This document shows positions 58,010 to 64,000 of a DNA stretch of 64,000 bases, one piece after another. Numbering within the stretch: the first letter of the stretch is position 1; the number at the start of each line of letters is the position of its first letter. Position numbers and translations under genes: made by a program. The notes under the pieces were generated by a model. It was not told the origin of the DNA, did no database searches, and saw nothing but the letters and a program-made list of their open reading frames with translations. Source of the stretch: a virus; IMG/VR virus record IMGVR_UViG_3300036715_003254, positions 74,482 through 138,481 of that record, one strand, 5' to 3'.

Positions 58010-59194
58010 TTGGAATTTTTTCATTTTAAAACCTTAAGGAAGTACACTGCTTCTCTTCTTGATATGTTTTCTTCTATAGTTATCCAAAGAAGAGATGAAG
58101 ATGGCACTCCTTATGACACATTTTTTGTTCCAATAGAATTTGCTTCAAAGTCTAAAGCTTATATATTTTCGAATACTGATATAGAAAGACTAAAATCAGG
58201 TAATGTGAATATTTTACCTAGAATGAGTTTAACTATTTCAGGTCTGTCGGCGGCAAAGGAAAGAAATACATCTAAATTCCAAAAATTAAATTTTAAACCA
58301 ATCGATGACTCTTATGCTGAATATCAACAAAACTCTGTATCGTATGACTTTAAGTATATTCTTTCAATAGCGACCAAAAATCTTGAAGATATGAGTATAA
58401 TTCTGGAACAGATCTTACCACAGTTTACTCCTTCTAGAACAATGAGAATAAGAGAACTTGACGAGTTTGCTGATTTTACTTCTATTCCAGTTTTACTAGA
58501 AGATGTCACAATAGAAGTTCCTGAGACAATAGAAGAAGACTATGACATCAGAATAATAAAAGCTGACCTTCAATTAACAGTAAGAGGTAATATATATCCT
58601 CCATTTAAAGGAATTAGAAAGTCTAACAAAGTTACAATTGGTTTCGGTGTTGCTGGAGAATATTACCTTGACGATTTGCCTGATGGAGTATATAAATTCT
58701 TAAGCGCTGATGGATCTCTTATAACAATAGTCAAAAAAGGTGGTCTTTACTCTGTTTCTATAGAATATCCTGATAACTATACTCCTGCTATCTTTGCAGG
58801 TTTAAAGATATTTAAAGACTTTGACGGAAAAATATATCTAACTAAAAAGAATCTTCCTGATTTCTCTATTGTTATTGACGGAGATAGTTGTACTATAACT
58901 GATGGTTCAGCAACATATACTCTTTTACTTGGCCAAATGTATTTTGCGACAAAAAACGCTTCTAATTTTGTAGAAGGAAAACCTCTACAAGATACTGAAA
59001 CAGCTTCAGTAATTACTAAGATTTCACCGAACTTTATTTTTGAAACAAATATTAAAGTCGTTGTTCCAGTCATAACAATACAAAAAGTTTTCGATAATTT
59101 CGATTCTAGTCTTTTCACTGACTCAAATCCTATAAAGAAAATAAGTATGGGATTCGGTAGCTTAAATAGTAATGACTTCGCATCAAAATGTTAA
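58010..59194 (+). CDS. gp15: Tail sheath stabiliser/terminator with C-terminal extension
   Basis: FHFKTLRKY, VPIEFA, LPRMS, ILEQILPQFTP, G.IYPP. Confidence 0.88.
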   Translation: MEFFHFKTLRKYTASLLDMFSSIVIQRRDEDGTPYDTFFVPIEFASKSKAYIFSNTDIERLKSGNVNILPRMSLTISGLSAAKERNTSKFQKLNFKPIDDSYAEYQQNSVSYDFKYILSIATKNLEDMSIILEQILPQFTPSRTMRIRELDEFADFTSIPVLLEDVTIEVPETIEEDYDIRIIKADLQLTVRGNIYPPFKGIRKSNKVTIGFGVAGEYYLDDLPDGVYKFLSADGSLITIVKKGGLYSVSIEYPDNYTPAIFAGLKIFKDFDGKIYLTKKNLPDFSIVIDGDSCTITDGSATYTLLLGQMYFATKNASNFVEGKPLQDTETASVITKISPNFIFETNIKVVVPVITIQKVFDNFDSSLFTDSNPIKKISMGFGSLNSNDFASKC

Positions 59195-59206
59195 AAAGGA
59201 AAATAA

Positions 59207-59716
59207 ATGACTTTACCTAAACCAACTATTGAAGCTCCTTCTAAAAATCTCGCTAGGAGATTAGACGAGATTTCAAAATCGTTTGATATAGCAGTTTCGA
59301 CCGCAGATGAACTAACAGAAGCTATAGAAGAAGAATTTAAAGAAGAAATTGAAACATCAGAAACTCTGAAAACTCTGAAAGATGACTTTGACTTTTCAAG
59401 AAAGACATTAAAAGAAACAGTAAAAACAGCACAAAGAGTATTGGACTCTGTAGCAGGAGAGATTGACAACGGTTTAGATATAAAAGCTTCTATGATTACT
59501 TCCTACGCAGAACTTGTTGGAATAGTAAATAGTAGCCTAAAATTATTGTCCGATATATATAGGAATATGACTGATGTACAGTTAAAAATTAAGAAACAAG
59601 AAAGAGAAGAACGAGAAAGCTCTTCTCAAGAAGGAGTTACAGGAGTATCAGTAACTCATAATAATTTGATTGTTACTGATGTCAAATCCATACTGGAGGA
59701 AATGAAGAATGGCTAA
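59207..59716 (+). CDS. Terminase small subunit (putative)
   Basis: DDFDFSR..L helical core and THNNLIVT tail as in T4-like gp16 homologs. Confidence 0.65.
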   Translation: MTLPKPTIEAPSKNLARRLDEISKSFDIAVSTADELTEAIEEEFKEEIETSETLKTLKDDFDFSRKTLKETVKTAQRVLDSVAGEIDNGLDIKASMITSYAELVGIVNSSLKLLSDIYRNMTDVQLKIKKQEREERESSSQEGVTGVSVTHNNLIVTDVKSILEEMKNG

Positions 59717-60224
59717 ATTTGAACCAGCTTTAGAAAAGGTTTTAGGTTTTGAAGGTCGAGTACTAGAAAACGACCCTAGTGATCCAGGCGGTCAAACATA
59801 TTCAGGTATAGACAGAAGAGATAATTCTTCTTGGAATGGTTGGGCTATAATTGATGCAAACAAAGGGAAAAAATCTAGTGAGCTTCTAAAAATAGAAGAA
59901 CTCCAGAAATGTGTTTTCGACTATTATAAAGCTAAATGGGACACTATTTTAGGAGACGAAATAAATGACCAACACCTTGCTGAAGTGATTTTCGATTCTC
60001 TTATAAATCCTGGTCCAGCGGTAAAGAAAAAAGTTCAACAATTTGTTGGAGTTCCAGCAGATGGATCTTTCGGACCAAAAACAATAGAAGCTATAAATAA
60101 TCACAATGCTCAAGAGTTGATAACAGAAATTAAACAGTGGAGAACTGATTATTATAATTCTCTTCCAGAAAAACTAAAATCAAGATTTTTGGCAGGTTGG
60201 TTGAGCAGAACAAACGCTTGTTAA
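59709..60224 (+). CDS. Endolysin, GH108 family
   Basis: FEG...NDPSDPGGQTYSGI, DG.FGPKT, FLAGWLSR. Confidence 0.92.
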   Translation: MAKFEPALEKVLGFEGRVLENDPSDPGGQTYSGIDRRDNSSWNGWAIIDANKGKKSSELLKIEELQKCVFDYYKAKWDTILGDEINDQHLAEVIFDSLINPGPAVKKKVQQFVGVPADGSFGPKTIEAINNHNAQELITEIKQWRTDYYNSLPEKLKSRFLAGWLSRTNAC

Positions 60225-60241
60225 GTGAGAGGTAAAATTAT

Positions 60242-60487
60242 ATGGACGGTTTTAAAGATTTTTTAAAGAGCCTTCTAACTGAAATAGACGGCGAGTCATT
60301 TGATGTAGCGAAACTTCTTGCATCAATTTCTATATTAGCAGGAATAGCATTTGCCGGATATGACCTATATAAACATCCGGATTCAAAATTTGATATGCAG
60401 AATTATGGTACTGGAATAGGTCTACTATTCGCTGGTGTTGGTGTTGCTTTAAATATGAAAAAAGATGCTCCAGTAAACAATGGTTAA
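60242..60487 (+). CDS. Putative holin
   Basis: Two TM segments, follows the endolysin. Confidence 0.6.
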   Translation: MDGFKDFLKSLLTEIDGESFDVAKLLASISILAGIAFAGYDLYKHPDSKFDMQNYGTGIGLLFAGVGVALNMKKDAPVNNG

Positions 60488-61109
60488 TTTTAATTATTCG
60501 TCTAGAGACAAAGATTATCAACTTTTTAGAAGACAAACAGAAGAGTTAATTAACCTTTACGGCGTTATTTGTAAGTATTTGAAAGTTCAAAAGCTTAACA
60601 AAGATGCCGTATTCGGCGAATTCAATAAAATAAAAGCAGATAAAGATTCTGTCTTTAATATAGCGATTATGCCTGAACAATCAGAAGGTTGGGGTGGTCA
60701 AGATCTATTTGGTAAATTTGGTCTTCAAGTTTTGGACCAAATGAATTTCTTTATAGCAGCGAATACTTTCGAACTTCTTTATGAGAATGGAGATTTCAAT
60801 AACTGTGTTGGCGATATTTTAGTTTTTGAGAACGGAAAATATATGGAGATAACTAGTCTCGACACTGAAGTCGCTGGAGGTAATAATCTTTTCACTTCTT
60901 CCGCTCTTAAAAATGTTTATATGTTGAAGACTAGGTCTTTCAATTTCAATAGAGACTCTCAAATTAACATTCTAGAAGAAGATATGGATTTTGCTAAAAT
61001 AGATGCTATGTTCCTTGGCGAAACTCCTGTTGAAACTAAAAATGATTCAGCAAAAGTTATGTCTACTAGAAGAAAGAAAAAATCTGATCCTGTTTTTGGG
61101 GATCTGTGA
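60480..61109 (+). CDS. gp14: Neck protein
   Basis: E.INLYG..C.YL, D.VFGE, FGKFGL, GDILVF, PVFGDL. Confidence 0.85.
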   Translation: MVNFNYSSRDKDYQLFRRQTEELINLYGVICKYLKVQKLNKDAVFGEFNKIKADKDSVFNIAIMPEQSEGWGGQDLFGKFGLQVLDQMNFFIAANTFELLYENGDFNNCVGDILVFENGKYMEITSLDTEVAGGNNLFTSSALKNVYMLKTRSFNFNRDSQINILEEDMDFAKIDAMFLGETPVETKNDSAKVMSTRRKKKSDPVFGDL

Positions 61110-61119
61110 AAGGCAAAAT

Positions 61120-62850
61120 TTGTATTATAGTGGTCTAACTGTAGAACAAAAGAAACAAAAAGTTTTAGATCTTGACCTTCCTAGAAATAAGGATGGTCTA
61201 TATGAAGGCTCTAATGGAGAGCCTATACAATTCAACGGTATAAGGCATCTCAAACCAGCATATGTAAAACTTAATCTCAGACCAGAACATATACAAGAAA
61301 TAGTGAAATGTGCTAATTCTTGTCATTACTTTATTGATAACCACTGTCAAATTCTCACGCCAAACGGTTATACATTTCCTGTTATAAGAGACTATCAATG
61401 GGAACTAATTGACAGTCTATTAAGCAGTAAAAGAAATGTTCTTCTTCAACCTAGACAGTCTGCTAAATCAGTAACAACTGCTCTTTATATTATTTGGAGA
61501 CTACTATTCCATAATGACGCAAACTGGGGTATAGCAGCTAACCAACAAAAGATGTCGGTAGAGGTGCTTACTAAAATCAAACAAATCTTTTCTAGGCTTC
61601 CGATTTGGTTAAAACAAGGCGTTGTTACTTGGAATGCTATGTCTATTGAGCTAGAAAATGGGTCTAAAGTTTTAACATCAGCTACTTCAGGCGACTCTTT
61701 TAGAGGTTATACATTCTCGTCTCCAGGATCTGGTATATTCTGTGACGAGGTAGCATTCATTAGACCGAGTATTTGGGAAGACTTTTATGACTCAGTTTTT
61801 CCTACAGTATCATCATCCGAAGAATCTCAAATTATTCTAGCTTCAACACCGAACGGATTAAACCATTTCTATAATATAGTAGAAGACGCTAAAAATAAAA
61901 AATCAGAATTTTCATTCTTTACTATAAATTGGGACGCCGTTCCTGGAAGAACAGAAGAATGGCTACAAAAACAAATAGAAACTTTTGGTATAGTTTATTG
62001 TAGACAAAACTATTTAAATGAGTTTCTAGGCTCTTCTGAGACTTTGATTTCAGGCGACGCTCTCAAAAAGTTAAAATGGAAAGATCCTGAACATCAGGAC
62101 AGATTTATAAAAGGTTTTAAAGAATATGAAATTCCACAAGAAAAACACAAGTATATTTTAAGCTTAGATCCTGCTAAAGGAGGAATAGACTTTCACGCAT
62201 TCCAAATAGTAGATGTGACTACTCTTCCTTATAAACAAGTAGCATCATTAAAAACTAGAGAAGACTATCTAAAGCTACCAGAAACAATTAAAAAAATAGC
62301 CGAATACTATAATAATGCTTATGTCATTATAGAAAACAACACAGGTTCAGGACAAAGTATAGCTGATACACTATTCTTAACATACGAATACGATAATCTT
62401 CATTACGACAAGGACACCAAAGGAAAGAAAAAGAAATTTCCAGGTCATTTTACTAATGAGAAAACCAGAAATCTTAACCTCAATATGTTGAAGATTATGT
62501 TAGAAAACGGAAAACTTATTTTAGCGGATAAAGAAACTATTAATGAGTTTTATAGGTTTTCTTTAAGAGGTAAAAAATATCAAGCAGAAGAAGGATGCCA
62601 CGACGACCTTATTATGTCTTTAGCTATATTGTGTGCGCCATTTTCTGATATTCAAAACTTTGATGAGCATCAGAATTTTATCAACAGTCTATTTTCTGAA
62701 GAACTATCTAGCGAAGAAAATTATGATTTTGTAGCTTTTGGAAGTTTTGATTGCGGAGAAGAGGAAGACGATTATAACAAAAGAATGAGAGAGACTTGGG
62801 GAGATTTGTTAGTTTACGGCGAATTGTATGACCATTCTGGATTTAGCTGA
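61120..62850 (+). CDS. gp17: Terminase large subunit
   Basis: PRQSAKS, DEVAF, STPNGLNHFY, DPAKG, HDDLIM; probable TTG start at 61120. Confidence 0.95.
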   Translation: MYYSGLTVEQKKQKVLDLDLPRNKDGLYEGSNGEPIQFNGIRHLKPAYVKLNLRPEHIQEIVKCANSCHYFIDNHCQILTPNGYTFPVIRDYQWELIDSLLSSKRNVLLQPRQSAKSVTTALYIIWRLLFHNDANWGIAANQQKMSVEVLTKIKQIFSRLPIWLKQGVVTWNAMSIELENGSKVLTSATSGDSFRGYTFSSPGSGIFCDEVAFIRPSIWEDFYDSVFPTVSSSEESQIILASTPNGLNHFYNIVEDAKNKKSEFSFFTINWDAVPGRTEEWLQKQIETFGIVYCRQNYLNEFLGSSETLISGDALKKLKWKDPEHQDRFIKGFKEYEIPQEKHKYILSLDPAKGGIDFHAFQIVDVTTLPYKQVASLKTREDYLKLPETIKKIAEYYNNAYVIIENNTGSGQSIADTLFLTYEYDNLHYDKDTKGKKKKFPGHFTNEKTRNLNLNMLKIMLENGKLILADKETINEFYRFSLRGKKYQAEEGCHDDLIMSLAILCAPFSDIQNFDEHQNFINSLFSEELSSEENYDFVAFGSFDCGEEEDDYNKRMRETWGDLLVYGELYDHSGFS

Positions 62851-62913
62851 TTTTGTGCTCAATAATTTTTAAACTTATTAATAATAAAATTCTATTATTT
62901 GAAAGGCAATATA

Positions 62914-63273
62914 ATGGAAATAGAAATGGGTAAAAAATATACTTCCAATGGAAAACCAATTCGCATTCTGTGTGTCGATAGACCAGATCCTCTTTTCCCT
63001 GTTGTCGGTATGGATGACAATGGTGCTATCTTTCACTTTACGAAAGACGGAATACTAAGTCTTGCTAGACCAACTTTCAACCTAGTAGAAGCTTGGTCAC
63101 CAACAGAGGGAGAATGGTGTTGGTTCTTTGATTTAAAAGGACAAGAAGGCGCTGTTTTGGCTAGATTTCATAAAATATGTTCTAATAGAAGATATCAAAC
63201 TGAGAATGGTTCTAACTGGAAGTACTGTTCAAAATTTGTCGGCGAATTACCTGAACATCTTAAAGGGATTTAA
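62914..63273 (+). CDS. Hypothetical protein (tandem duplicate A)
   Basis: GKKYTSNGKPIRILCVDR...LPEHLK. Confidence 0.75.
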   Translation: MEIEMGKKYTSNGKPIRILCVDRPDPLFPVVGMDDNGAIFHFTKDGILSLARPTFNLVEAWSPTEGEWCWFFDLKGQEGAVLARFHKICSNRRYQTENGSNWKYCSKFVGELPEHLKGI

Positions 63274-63632
63274 ATGATAGTAGAAATGGGTAAAAAGTAC
63301 ACATCTAACGGTAAGCCAATTCGTATTCTGTGTGTTGATAGGCCAGATCCTATTTTTACTGTGGTTGGTATGAATGATAAAGGTATTATTTTTTACTTCA
63401 CGAAAGATGGTAGAGTGTGTCTATCTGGACCAACTTATGACCTTGTTGAAGTCTGGGAACCAAAAGAAGGCGAATTGTGCATATTTTTTGATAATAAACA
63501 TAAAAATACGGCAGTACATATTGGAAATATGCAGGAATGATAGATAAGTTTTTTGTATGCGCTGATAATCGCTTCTTCGAATGTTGTATGAAATTTGAAG
63601 GAAAATTGCCTGAGCATCTTAAAGACATATAA
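63274..63632 (+). pseudogene. Tandem duplicate B with a one-base frameshift
   Basis: The paralogous C-terminus KFEGKLPEHLKDI* is in another frame after ~63525. Confidence 0.7.
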
Positions 63633-63669
63633 ATAAGGTAATCTAATATAATGGAGAACCTTAAATTAA

Positions 63670-64000
63670 ATGTGGTCGTTTGGAACTTCATCTAAAGAGC
63701 TTCAAAGTGAGATTGAGAGGCTAAAAGATGAAATTAGAGAACTAAAATTTGAAAACGAAAGATTAAAAGGCGAAAAAATAGTGTTAGAAAACTCTCAAAA
63801 AGAGAGCGATAACACTAAAAAAGAGATTGAATTACATAACGATCTTACAAAGCTACTTTTAGGCGCTTGTGAACAAAATCTAAAGGTAATTCAATCAAAC
63901 TTTACAAGCTCAATTGAGCTTTTAACAGATACAACGAAAAAAGCACAAAAAAATAGCGAATTGTCAGGTAATGCTCAAAATGAGCTTCCAAAAATAACAT
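63670..64000 (+). CDS. Coiled-coil protein, partial; resembles the N-terminus of soluble chemoreceptors
   Basis: MWSFGTSSKELQSEIERLKDE...GACEQNLKVIQSNF..., open to the window end. Confidence 0.5.
   Translation, partial: MWSFGTSSKELQSEIERLKDEIRELKFENERLKGEKIVLENSQKESDNTKKEIELHNDLTKLLLGACEQNLKVIQSNFTSSIELLTDTTKKAQKNSELSGNAQNELPKIT

Noticed and set aside
1-64000. tRNA or rRNA genes
   Set aside because: No cloverleaf/T-loop or rRNA signatures noticed in the intergenic regions by eye.

Overview
This is 64 kb of an AT-rich, T4-like (myovirus) lytic phage genome. The promoter architecture (TATAAT with periodic upstream TTTAAG boxes), the gene complement (UL9-like origin-binding helicase, split PolB, ThyX, dimeric dUTPase) and bacterial N-glycosylation sequons in exported proteins point to a Campylobacterota host; this is an inference. 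From left to right the window holds: a receptor-binding/tail-fibre cluster including a >1000-aa NHL-repeat protein missed by the ORF track; a tail-sheath gene split by a group I intron whose HNH ORF lies in the P1 loop; two capsid-fold paralogs; replication genes (gp61, rnh, gp32, gp45, uvsW/Y/X, topoisomerase II, split gp43); four tandem Hsp20 genes; nucleotide metabolism; a ~9-copy small-gene family on promoter cassettes; and lysis, neck and terminase genes. The most notable observations are: (1) two late-promoter mini-lipoproteins packed with D/E-X-N-X-S/T N-glycosylation sequons; (2) two solo TnpB nucleases plus two stand-alone omega-RNA mini-elements with their own promoters, and a TTTAT target motif deduced from the sequence; (3) the tail-sheath intron; (4) a conserved structured leader upstream of two tail-fibre-type genes. 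All product calls come from motif recognition by eye; no database searches were run.
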